DNA of 64,000 nt from Candidatus Hydrogenedentota bacterium (GTDB taxonomy: Bacteria; Hydrogenedentota; Hydrogenedentia; Hydrogenedentales; SLHB01), in contig CAVUWV010000021.1 in assembly GCA_963745075.1 (NCBI GenBank), positions 96,001 to 160,000 of the forward strand, read 5' to 3'. The notes under the pieces were generated by a model. It worked only from the letters and a program-made list of their open reading frames with translations, had not been told where the DNA came from and did not search any database. Shown piece after piece: positions 1-8,479 of the stretch. Positions within the stretch are counted from its first letter, which is position 1, and the number at the start of each line of letters is the position of its first letter. Made by a program: the position numbers and the translations under genes.

Positions 1-367
1 CACGCAACGCCGCAACGTGATGTACGTGGACGACTGCGTCGATGCCCTGATCAAAGTGGCGCTGGACGAGAAGACGGAAGGAGAGGTCCTGTTCGCGGCC
101 GGCGACACGGAACATACGATCGCCGAGTTCGCGGAGATGGTCGTTGACGTTATGGGCGCGGGCGGCGTCAAACACGTGCCGTGGCCGGAGGATTGGAAGC
201 CCATGGACGTCGGCGACGTGTCCATCTCCAACGAGAAGATCCGCGCAATGCTCCATTGGATACCGACCGTTCCGCTTCGAGACGGACTCGCGCGCACGAA
301 AGCGTTCTTCGAGGAGCGGCTCCCCACGTATCTCGGCGAACGCCGCTGGGGCGTGATGGTGCATTGA
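1..367 (+). CDS. NAD-dependent epimerase/dehydratase, C-terminal part (5' truncated by window)
   Basis: RNVMYVDDCVDA...GDV...SNEKIRAMLHWIPTVPLRDGLART is typical of an extended-SDR C-terminus. Confidence 0.8.
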   Translation, partial: TQRRNVMYVDDCVDALIKVALDEKTEGEVLFAAGDTEHTIAEFAEMVVDVMGAGGVKHVPWPEDWKPMDVGDVSISNEKIRAMLHWIPTVPLRDGLARTKAFFEERLPTYLGERRWGVMVH

Positions 368-373
368 CTGGAA

Positions 374-411
374 ACGTCCGCCGGAATGGTTTCATTCATT
401 CCGGCGGACGT
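374..411. terminator. Perfect 15-bp hairpin between convergent genes, probable terminator
   Basis: ACGTCCGCCGGAATG (374-388) / CATTCCGGCGGACGT (397-411); no long U-tract. Confidence 0.6.
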
Positions 412-425
412 ATCGCTTCAATCCA

Positions 426-1580
426 TCAAGCCACGGACACCTCCACCGTCCGGCGGATGATATCCACCAGATCTTTGTCTGACACCGCGCCATTCCGATC
501 CTGGGCGACGGCGATGAATTCGCGGTAGACGGCATCGCCAACACCATTCGACAGGTCAAAACCCATCTCACGGGCTTTGAATTCGATGGCGCGCCGGCCG
601 GAACTGGCCGTCAGCACAAAGCGATGGCCGGGCACACCAACCATCACCGGCGGCACGAACTCGTAGCAGACGGGATCTTTAATGATGCCGTCCTGGTGAA
701 TGCCGGAACTGTGGGCGAAGGCGTTATCACCCACCACGGCACGGTTCGGCTGAACCGGGACGCCCGTGATTTCGGATACGCGCCGGCTCAACGTGGCCAT
801 TCGAGTCAGGTCCAAACCCGTCTGGGCGATCCCCTTCAGGGCGCATACGACACCCACCTGCTCCACAGCCGTGTTGCCGGCGCGTTCACCGATTCCGTTG
901 ACGGTCACCTCGACTTGTCCCGCGCCGGCTTGGATGGCCGCGACGGAGTTGGCCGTGGCCATGCCCATGTCGTCGTGACAATGGGCGCAGACCATCGCGG
1001 CGCCGTCGACATAACGCACGACGTCGTCGATGATTTCCGCGTATTCGACGGGTACCGCGCATCCAACCGTATCGGGGATGTTGATCCGTGTCGCGCCGGC
1101 ATTGATCGCGGTCTCGACACATTGCCGCAGAAATACGCGCTCCGTGCGCGTGGCATCTTCGGCGCTGAATTGGACCACCTCGACCCGCTCACGAGCACGC
1201 GACACGACGCGTTCGATGGCACGGATGGCCTGCGCGCGCGTCATGCGCAGCTTACGGGCCAGGTGGATGTCGGATACGCCCAAGAACACGTGAACGACCG
1301 GATGGACCGCTCGCGACACCGCTTCACACGCAGCGTCGACGTCACCGGGAACACACCGTGCCAATGCCGCGACTTCGCACCGTTGAACCACGCGGGCCAC
1401 TTCAGACACGGCGGCCTTGTCGCCGGGCGAAGACGCGGGGAACCCCGCCTCGATGGTGGCGACCCCGAAGTCTTCCAACATCCGGGCCACTTCCACTTTG
1501 TATTCGGACGGGATGTGCACGCCGGGGGTTTGCTCCCCGTCGCGCAGGGTTGTATCGAAAATTCGCACTTGAACGGACAT
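426..1580 (-). CDS. leuA: 2-isopropylmalate synthase, short form without C-terminal regulatory domain
   Basis: IFDTTLRDGEQ, IEAGFP, HCHDDMG, NGIGERAGN, AFAHSSGIHQDG motifs; 384 aa; Leu-rich leader upstream. Confidence 0.85.
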   Translation of the reverse strand: MSVQVRIFDTTLRDGEQTPGVHIPSEYKVEVARMLEDFGVATIEAGFPASSPGDKAAVSEVARVVQRCEVAALARCVPGDVDAACEAVSRAVHPVVHVFLGVSDIHLARKLRMTRAQAIRAIERVVSRARERVEVVQFSAEDATRTERVFLRQCVETAINAGATRINIPDTVGCAVPVEYAEIIDDVVRYVDGAAMVCAHCHDDMGMATANSVAAIQAGAGQVEVTVNGIGERAGNTAVEQVGVVCALKGIAQTGLDLTRMATLSRRVSEITGVPVQPNRAVVGDNAFAHSSGIHQDGIIKDPVCYEFVPPVMVGVPGHRFVLTASSGRRAIEFKAREMGFDLSNGVGDAVYREFIAVAQDRNGAVSDKDLVDIIRRTVEVSVA

Positions 1581-1716
1581 GACTTGTCTCCTTTGCGTAA
1601 CGTTTGCTTTGTTGAAAACTCACCGAATACGCAAAGCTTCAAGCGCCTGGACAGCGGAAACTACCTGAGCCCCATGTCCATAAGACATCACCTCCTTTCG
1701 AGCGCCCTCATGGCGC

Positions 1717-1753
1717 AAAAAAAGGAGGCCGCGAGCATCTGGCTCGCGGCCTC
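1717..1753 (-). terminator. Attenuator terminator hairpin upstream of leuA
   Basis: Minus strand GAGGCCGCGAGC-CAGAT-GCTCGCGGCCTC-C-TTTTTTT: 12-bp stem plus 7 U. Confidence 0.9.
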
Positions 1754-1781
1754 TACCTAAAACCCTATGTGGGGAAGTTAC

Positions 1782-1868
1782 TTAGGAAATTCGAGGCACA
1801 CCGAGCCCGCTATCCTCCAGGAGGAGGAGTGGGAGAAGCAGGCTCTCGATATGGCTCGAATTACACAT
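1782..1868 (-). CDS. Leucine attenuator leader peptide (28 aa, MCNSSHIESLLLPLLLLEDSGLGVPRIS)
   Basis: 7 Leu codons within 8 codons (CTG CTT CTC CCA CTC CTC CTC CTG), directly upstream of the terminator and leuA. Confidence 0.85.
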   Translation of the reverse strand: MCNSSHIESLLLPLLLLEDSGLGVPRIS

Positions 1869-1933
1869 AATAGAATTTACCTTGGCGCAAGTGTACCACG
1901 GCAGCGGCCGGATTGCAACCGCGGCTGCACCGC

Positions 1934-3571
1934 TTACTCCGTCTTCATCGGTGTGAAGACCATAGGCGGCATGTAGACGCCGACGAGTTCCCGCCGCCAC
2001 CAGTTGCCGGTTTCGCGCTTGGTCTTCAAATCCGTGAAGTGGTACTGGTAGAGCATCGCCCGAATCTCTTTCGGAGGTTGATCGGGGAACGGATTGTCTT
2101 TCAATAACCCCAAGACTGCCTTGTCTCCTTCGAGGAGGCGATAGCAGAAGTTGAGAAACCAGTTGGGCGGACGCTGTCGCAGGGCCGCGAACCACATCTG
2201 CCAGTCCAGTCGCGGTTGGAATGGGGCAATTCGCCGTGGCGCCTCGTCCAACGCGTCCGGTTTGTACTTGAAATTGTATGCCTTCCAATGAACCCCGTCG
2301 TCGCTTCCTTCGATGATGATCTCGGGCCGCGTTGTCGTCATGTGGGCAAAGAGGCCGTACCGGTTGGCGATGTAGAAGGGGAACATGCGCTGCTCCAAGG
2401 GAAACAACAATGGCGGCGGGCCGGACGATTTCGGGAGCAACTGCGCGATCTGGGAGCCCGTAATCACGGCGATCAGTACGGCAACTCCGCCCATGATCAG
2501 TTTCCGGTAGAGCGGCAGCGGCCGAATGAACTCGGGCGGATTCAGCCATGCAATGAAGCGCTTCGGCAACATGACCTTCCAGTGCCGGTCGTCGAGCAGC
2601 AAGAGGCACAGAGCGATGGTGAGCAGGTTGAAGAACGTGAAGTTGCCCGTCGCGACAATCAGAAGCTGGAAGCCGATGAGAATCCCCGCGGCTACGCCGC
2701 GAATGCTACGGGGCGCCAGCATGAGAAACGGCACGAACAGTTCGATGCCGAACATACCGACCACAGACACTTTCTGAAACCATTCCGGAAGGTGCGCGGC
2801 GTACCAGCCGATCGTGGTGGGCAGGGGTTGGGTTTCGTAGTGGTAGTCCAGGGCCGTCAAATTGCGCCAGTTCGCGTCGGCAAGCTTGACGACACCGGAC
2901 ATGAACATGAGGCGGAACAAGAGCCAGCGCAACAGCAGGAGCATGACGCGAGAATGAACGTCCTCCTTTGCGAGCTTGGGCCGCCATTGCATGGGAGCGA
3001 AGAAGATCGCGAGAAAGGTGGCTTCCAAGAGCAACGTGTCCCACTGGAAACTGAGAAAGTCCGGGCTAACGGAAACGAATGACAGATACAGGATGTACAG
3101 TGCGGCTAGACACAAGGGCGGCGCGTATCCGACGATGAGCACCAGCGCAAAGAATACCCCCGCGCCGCAGACTGCATGCAAAAACCAATTGCTGTCATTC
3201 AGCCAAAAAATGGTGGGGAGCTTCCAGATGCGTTCGAACCCCGTGCGGTTGCGGATGAAATCGAGCAGCATATACGCAGGCGCAATTCCGCGGCGTCCGA
3301 TCAAGCCGTCGATCTGAACCCAGAGGGAACTGAACGCGACAAGATGGACGATGCCCAGCACCCGCAGGAACATCCAGCGAGTGACGAAGTACCGAGGCGA
3401 GATACCGCCGACGAAGAAATCCCGACGTAAGGCCGTGTGCACCCGCTCGTACAAGGACAGCGTCTCCGGGTGCGCGCGTGGTACCTCGGACGTTTCGGAC
3501 CCGACCCGTTCGCCGGCATTGCCGGACGCCCGAACCTCCGGCGCCGGGATTTCGTGGTCGGATGCGCTCAA
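1934..3571 (-). CDS. Lipase maturation factor (LMF) family membrane protein
   Basis: FLSFQWDTLLLE, FRLMFMSGVVKL, YHYETQPLP, ATGNFTFFNLLT, PRLDWQMWF motifs; start placed at TTG 3571 (uncertain). Confidence 0.85.
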   Translation of the reverse strand: MSASDHEIPAPEVRASGNAGERVGSETSEVPRAHPETLSLYERVHTALRRDFFVGGISPRYFVTRWMFLRVLGIVHLVAFSSLWVQIDGLIGRRGIAPAYMLLDFIRNRTGFERIWKLPTIFWLNDSNWFLHAVCGAGVFFALVLIVGYAPPLCLAALYILYLSFVSVSPDFLSFQWDTLLLEATFLAIFFAPMQWRPKLAKEDVHSRVMLLLLRWLLFRLMFMSGVVKLADANWRNLTALDYHYETQPLPTTIGWYAAHLPEWFQKVSVVGMFGIELFVPFLMLAPRSIRGVAAGILIGFQLLIVATGNFTFFNLLTIALCLLLLDDRHWKVMLPKRFIAWLNPPEFIRPLPLYRKLIMGGVAVLIAVITGSQIAQLLPKSSGPPPLLFPLEQRMFPFYIANRYGLFAHMTTTRPEIIIEGSDDGVHWKAYNFKYKPDALDEAPRRIAPFQPRLDWQMWFAALRQRPPNWFLNFCYRLLEGDKAVLGLLKDNPFPDQPPKEIRAMLYQYHFTDLKTKRETGNWWRRELVGVYMPPMVFTPMKTE

Positions 3572-3751
3572 AACCTTCCCCCCGCTTTCTATCGTACGGT
3601 CAAAGACGGGAGTGTACCACAGCCGGTGGGCCCGTTTGGACCAGGCCAGCACCGCCCACCGATCCAATTTGGAGGGGACCCCGCAACGTGGCACTTCGGG
3701 CACAGAACCTGCTATTCTATGCTCGGTTGTTTGGGGAGGTAGCGGCTTGTG

Positions 3752-4135
3752 ATGTCGAACACACTGACGCAGCAGATTCGCGTTCGGTGCGAAAGTTATT
3801 TCGTGCCGGAACGGTCGAAGCAAAAAGAAGACTTGTACTACTTCGGGTACCGCATTCAAATCACCAACGAAGGCACCGAACCGGCGCAGCTCATCAGCCG
3901 GCACTGGCTCATCACCGACGGACTCGGCCAAATCGAAGAAGTGCGGGGGCCCGGCGTGGTCGGCGAACAGCCGCGGCTGGACCCGGGCGAGACGTTCGAA
4001 TACACCAGCGCCTGTCCGTTGCGCACGCGGTACGGCAACATGCGCGGCGAATACCGCATGGTCAAAGATAACGGTTCGACGTTTCACGCGGACATCGCGC
4101 CCTTTGAAATGATCGTCCCGTCCATTTCGAACTAG
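3752..4135 (+). CDS. apaG: ApaG protein
   Basis: YRIQITNEG, QLISRHWLITD, GPGVVGEQP, FEYTSACPL motifs. Confidence 0.92.
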   Translation: MSNTLTQQIRVRCESYFVPERSKQKEDLYYFGYRIQITNEGTEPAQLISRHWLITDGLGQIEEVRGPGVVGEQPRLDPGETFEYTSACPLRTRYGNMRGEYRMVKDNGSTFHADIAPFEMIVPSISN

Positions 4136-4174
4136 CCGTCCCCCATCGCGGGCGGAGTGAGGACTGATTCCCGG

Positions 4175-5059
4175 ATGAAGGTGCGCGTTATCGCCAACCC
4201 TATTTCGGGCGGAGGGAACGGACGCCGCCTGGGTGAGGCCATGCTGACCGCGTTGCAGGGACGCGGCATGGACGCATCGCTGCATATCACCTCGCGTGCC
4301 GGTGAAGCCGGCGAGGTCGCGGCGACCCCGGGCTACGACTGCGTGGTCAGCGTCGGCGGCGATGGCACCACCAACGAAGTCGCAAACGGTGTCGCGGGAT
4401 CGAACACCCTGCTCGCTATCCTTCCCCTGGGCACGGCCAACGTCGTGTCGCGCGAACTCGGAATTCCTCTCAGCGCCGACGCCGTAGCGGACCTCATCGT
4501 CAGCGGCAGCGTTCGCACCATCGACGCGGGCCGGTTCGCCGGACGTTTGTTTTTGCTGGGTACCGGCGCGGGGCCCGATGCGGCCATCGTTTCGGCCATT
4601 CATGCGCGCCGGGGTAAGCGGCTCGGGATTACCGGCTACTTCGCTCCCACGCTCCAGACCTTGTGGCGTTATCCGTGGCCGCACATCCGCGTAATAGTGG
4701 ACGGGGAAGAACTCTGCGACGACGGACACTACGCGATCGTCGGAAACTGCAAATTCTCGGCGGGGGTTTTTCGATTCACGCCCGAAGCGCGGATCGACGA
4801 TGGTTTGTTGGATGTCTGTGTGATGCGAAATCTTTCCATGCTCCGGCTGGCGGCGCACGCCATCGCTTCGTGGCGGCCACGGTTCACCTCGCGCAAGAAC
4901 GTCCTGTACCGGCGCGGGAAACGTATCGTCTTCGAGTCGGCTGATTCACAATCGATGCCCCTACAGGTCGACGGCGATCCCGCGGGCACACTTCCGGCTG
5001 AATTCGAGGTGCAGGAAGCGGCGTTACGCGTTGTGGCCCCGATCAAGCGGAACCTGTAG
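4175..5059 (+). CDS. Diacylglycerol/lipid kinase family (YegS/DgkB-like)
   Basis: IANPISGGG, GGDGTTNEV, LPLGTANV, QVDGD motifs. Confidence 0.9.
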   Translation: MKVRVIANPISGGGNGRRLGEAMLTALQGRGMDASLHITSRAGEAGEVAATPGYDCVVSVGGDGTTNEVANGVAGSNTLLAILPLGTANVVSRELGIPLSADAVADLIVSGSVRTIDAGRFAGRLFLLGTGAGPDAAIVSAIHARRGKRLGITGYFAPTLQTLWRYPWPHIRVIVDGEELCDDGHYAIVGNCKFSAGVFRFTPEARIDDGLLDVCVMRNLSMLRLAAHAIASWRPRFTSRKNVLYRRGKRIVFESADSQSMPLQVDGDPAGTLPAEFEVQEAALRVVAPIKRNL

Positions 5060-5083
5060 CCTCGCTCACTAGCCCCAGCCTAG

Positions 5084-6606
5084 CAGCCCGTGGTAAAAGT
5101 CGCTTATCGCCAATTTTTTCTTGACAGATCGTTGGACGTTTGGCACATCGTCATTGTAGCACTGGAGAGGAGAGCGTGCGATGGCGATGGGCGAAGAAAA
5201 ACGGGACCGGCAGGAAACGATGTGGGTGGAGACGAGCTTGTTGCCGCGAGCGCCGGGCCACCCGTTTTACGAGCGGTTGAACGGGGTGCTGAAGAAGCAC
5301 GGTTTCACGCAGTTCGCGGAGGAGGAGTGCAGGCAGTACTACGCGGAGAAGCTGGGGCGGCCGAGTATTCCGCCGACGGTGTACTTCAAGATGCTGTTCA
5401 TCGGTTTCTTCGAAGGGATCGATTCGGAACGAGGGATCGCATGGCGCGTGGCGGACTCGATGGCGCTTCGGGATTTCCTCGGATATGACTTGACCGAAGG
5501 GACTCCGGACCATTCGAGCCTTTCCCGGACGCGGCGCTTGATGAGTTTGGAGACGCACCGGAAGGTGTTTCAATGGGTACTGACGGTGCTGGCCAAAGAA
5601 AAGATACTCAACGGCAAGACGCTGGGCTTTGACGCATCGACTCTGGAAGCGAACGCGGCACTACGCAGTATTGTGCGCCGGGATACGGGCGAGAGCTACG
5701 AGGAGTTCCTGACGCGGCTGGCCCAAGCATCGGGCATCGAGACGCCGACGCGGGCGGACTTGGCCAAGCTGGATAAGAAACGCAAGGGCAAAGGGTCGAA
5801 TAAGGACTGGGAACACCCGTTTGATCCCGACGCACGCATCACCAAGATGAAAGACGGGCGTACGCATCTGGCCCATAAGGCTGAGCACGCCGTGGACCTG
5901 GATAGCGGCGCGCTGGTCGCAGTGACCTTGCAGCCCGCGGACAAAGGCGATCCCGAAACCTTGCGCGAGACGGTGAGAGAAACCGCCGGGAACCTGGCTG
6001 AAGTGGAGCGCGATGAAGAGGCGGCAGACGAATTGGACGAGGACCTCATGAGCGAGGCGGTTCTGGACAAAGGCTACCACAGCAACGAAACATTGATGGT
6101 CCTGGATTTCATTGGTATGCGTTCCTATGCTTCCGAACCGGCCCGTGGCAGACGCGACTGGGAAGGCAAAGACTACGAGCGTTACTGCGTATACGGAAAC
6201 CGGCGGAGGATTCGCGGGAACCGTGGAAAGGCCTTGTTACGCCAGCGCGGGGAAAAGGTCGAACGCACCTTTGCGCACATGTACGAAACCGGCGGCATGC
6301 GACGAACGCATCTGCGCCATCGGGAGAACATCCTGAAACGGGTCCTGATTCACGCCAGCGGATTCAACCTCAGTCTCATCCTGCGCCGCCAACACGGATT
6401 CGGCAAGCCAAGGAGATTGCAGGACGGGTACCGGGTCGCAGAACCGGCCCTTTCTCGTCTGTTTAAGGCGTGCGTGAACACCATACAACGGTTATTCGGC
6501 GTACAAGGCCGCCCAGACAACTTCTGGAATCCCAACCACATCGTGCCGAACGCCACGTGACTCAACTACGAGAGAGAACTCAAAAGATGCCTTTTACCAC
6601 GGGCTG
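5084..6606 (+). mobile_element. Complete insertion sequence (IS1182/IS5-like), 1523 bp, 16-bp perfect TIRs, CTAG target duplication
   Basis: CAGCCCGTGGTAAAAG (5084-5099) / CTTTTACCACGGGCTG (6591-6606); CTAG at 5080-5083 and 6607-6610. Confidence 0.93.
5181..6560 (+). CDS. DDE transposase (DUF772 N-terminus, IS1182/IS5-like)
   Basis: GRPSIPP, SERGI, PDHSSLSRTR, FDASTLEANA, LDKGY, VERTFAH motifs. Confidence 0.92.
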   Translation: MAMGEEKRDRQETMWVETSLLPRAPGHPFYERLNGVLKKHGFTQFAEEECRQYYAEKLGRPSIPPTVYFKMLFIGFFEGIDSERGIAWRVADSMALRDFLGYDLTEGTPDHSSLSRTRRLMSLETHRKVFQWVLTVLAKEKILNGKTLGFDASTLEANAALRSIVRRDTGESYEEFLTRLAQASGIETPTRADLAKLDKKRKGKGSNKDWEHPFDPDARITKMKDGRTHLAHKAEHAVDLDSGALVAVTLQPADKGDPETLRETVRETAGNLAEVERDEEAADELDEDLMSEAVLDKGYHSNETLMVLDFIGMRSYASEPARGRRDWEGKDYERYCVYGNRRRIRGNRGKALLRQRGEKVERTFAHMYETGGMRRTHLRHRENILKRVLIHASGFNLSLILRRQHGFGKPRRLQDGYRVAEPALSRLFKACVNTIQRLFGVQGRPDNFWNPNHIVPNAT

Positions 6607-6947
6607 CTAGACTTCTGGTTGTTTCTTCAACCGAACCCATGAACGCCGGGAACAGATCTACAACCTACCAGATAACTGGAGTCAAGTATGATAGCGCGAA
6701 AGGTGTGGGGATATTCCCGGGCGCGGCAGCGGTAGCGTCAAATGTCAGGGAGCGCGCGAGGGAGCTGTCAAATCGAGAACGTTTATCTCGCATGCTGACG
6801 CCAACCAACCGTCCTCGACCGTGACGATTCTTTCACTCACCTGACGTACCGTTTTCGCGATGCATCACGGCAGACTATTTAGATGACACATGGTTACAGA
6901 AATGTCACTTCTCATATATCCCTGATTGCTAGATATGTAAACTGCAC

Positions 6948-6976
6948 TTGACAAGGACTTAGATTGATGTTATTTT
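6948..6976 (+). promoter_or_regulatory. Putative sigma70 promoter of the 7129-13526 locus
   Basis: TTGACA-17 nt-TATTTT with upstream TG in an AT-rich tract; bracketed by ACTGCAC/GTGCAGT inverted repeat. Confidence 0.5.
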
Positions 6977-7128
6977 AATGGTGCAGTGGGTTGTTAGATC
7001 TAAAGGGTAACTAGAGATAATTGTTCGCTAAGGGGAGAATGGTGCATGATCGGGCTGCACTGCGGTTCGCTGCGTCGCTGGCCCCCTCCCTGCCCCGGGT
7101 TCTCCGGGAACTTCAAAGGACTTACACC

Positions 7129-8364
7129 ATGAGAAATGTTACCACCATCGCTCTGACTCTGCTTTTCTTGGGAAGTCTCGCACAGGCTGCAGCACCAACT
7201 GAGTCGGATCTTCTGACACAACGCCATCAAGCATTCCGAACGATGACAGCCGGGTATCCCATGCAGGCGGCCGTGGATCTCCTCAATGGGATTCATGCAT
7301 TGCCCACGGACGACCCGGCGGTTCTTGACTACGCGGGGGGAAACCTCCAACTCCTGCTCTTCGACACCAACCTTCTCATGACCGAACCCATGCGGAACGA
7401 GTTCTTTACGAAGCTCCTGGATACAAAAGAAAACGAGATTGACGCGTTGATCGCGACCCTGCATGAGGCTTCGTTGAAGCTTACGCCGGAGCAGGCCGAA
7501 GACTTCTTGGGCCGGCTTTGGAAGTACTCGCAAAGTTCCAACGATCTCGTTGCCGGGGTCGCACTGTATCTCCTGGCCGACCCTTACTATACGGAGGACA
7601 TGGACATCGGGATCGAGGCAAGCCACGAGATGGTAACCCGGTATCCCAACCTGGAAGCCACCCGCAATATGCTGGCGCTGCCGATCTACCACCGAAAGCT
7701 CCGCCCAGCCATCGCCGGGGAATGGATACGGGCCTACAAGGGTAAGCCTCAGGAGCCGGGAAAGCCGCGCATCCGCGAGACCACGAACGCGGAGAAGAAT
7801 GTGGCTGCACAGGATCCCTTCATCACGAACGTGGAACCTCTGGTGGACTATTTGAGCCAAAACGAAACGAAACGGAAAGGCATTGAGGGACTTCTCGCGC
7901 TCCTGGCTGATGAAAACACGGATTGGCGGGACCGCTACAGCTACCTGCGGATGCTGGAACCCGAAATGAAACCCCAGCCGGGTGGGACAGGCGCGCAAGG
8001 GTATTGGAAGCTCATCCAGCCCGGTGTGGAATCCCTCGCAAACCGCGGTGAACTCACACCGGATGTATACCACGCCCGGGTGTTGCTTTGCGAAGTGGAA
8101 AGCGCGGCCGGTGAGTTCGAGGACGCTTCGTATTGGGCTGAACGGCTCCTGACCGAGCAGGAGCGGCTCTACGAACATCCTGAACGCATTCTTTACGAAG
8201 AGACGATTCGAGTCTACACGGAGTTCGCGGAGAGTCTCGAAAAGGGGCAGTTGTACGAGGAGGCCGCGAAAACGTACGAACGCTTGGGGGACTACTATCC
8301 GAATAGCGCGATCGCGATTCAAGCACGGCAACTGGCATCGGAGGCGCGCGAGAAGTCCAAGTAG
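7129..8364 (+). CDS. Secreted all-helical TPR-like protein
   Basis: RBS AAAGGA; signal peptide MRNVTTIALTLLFLGSLAQA; C-terminal GQLYEEAAKTYERLGDYYPNS resembles a TPR. Confidence 0.7.
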   Translation: MRNVTTIALTLLFLGSLAQAAAPTESDLLTQRHQAFRTMTAGYPMQAAVDLLNGIHALPTDDPAVLDYAGGNLQLLLFDTNLLMTEPMRNEFFTKLLDTKENEIDALIATLHEASLKLTPEQAEDFLGRLWKYSQSSNDLVAGVALYLLADPYYTEDMDIGIEASHEMVTRYPNLEATRNMLALPIYHRKLRPAIAGEWIRAYKGKPQEPGKPRIRETTNAEKNVAAQDPFITNVEPLVDYLSQNETKRKGIEGLLALLADENTDWRDRYSYLRMLEPEMKPQPGGTGAQGYWKLIQPGVESLANRGELTPDVYHARVLLCEVESAAGEFEDASYWAERLLTEQERLYEHPERILYEETIRVYTEFAESLEKGQLYEEAAKTYERLGDYYPNSAIAIQARQLASEAREKSK

Positions 8365-8479
8365 CGGCGCCGAACGAGGTTTGGACATCATCCGTCCATT
8401 TCATCAGGACGTATAACGAAAGCGAAGAGGGCTGAACGGGCGATCCGGCGCGAGCGCCGCCGCCAAAGGGGACACGGTA

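Noticed and set aside
3572..4858. N-terminal ~430 aa of the 974-aa minus-strand ORF
   Set aside because: Antisense shadow of apaG and the lipid kinase; LMF similarity starts only near 3571
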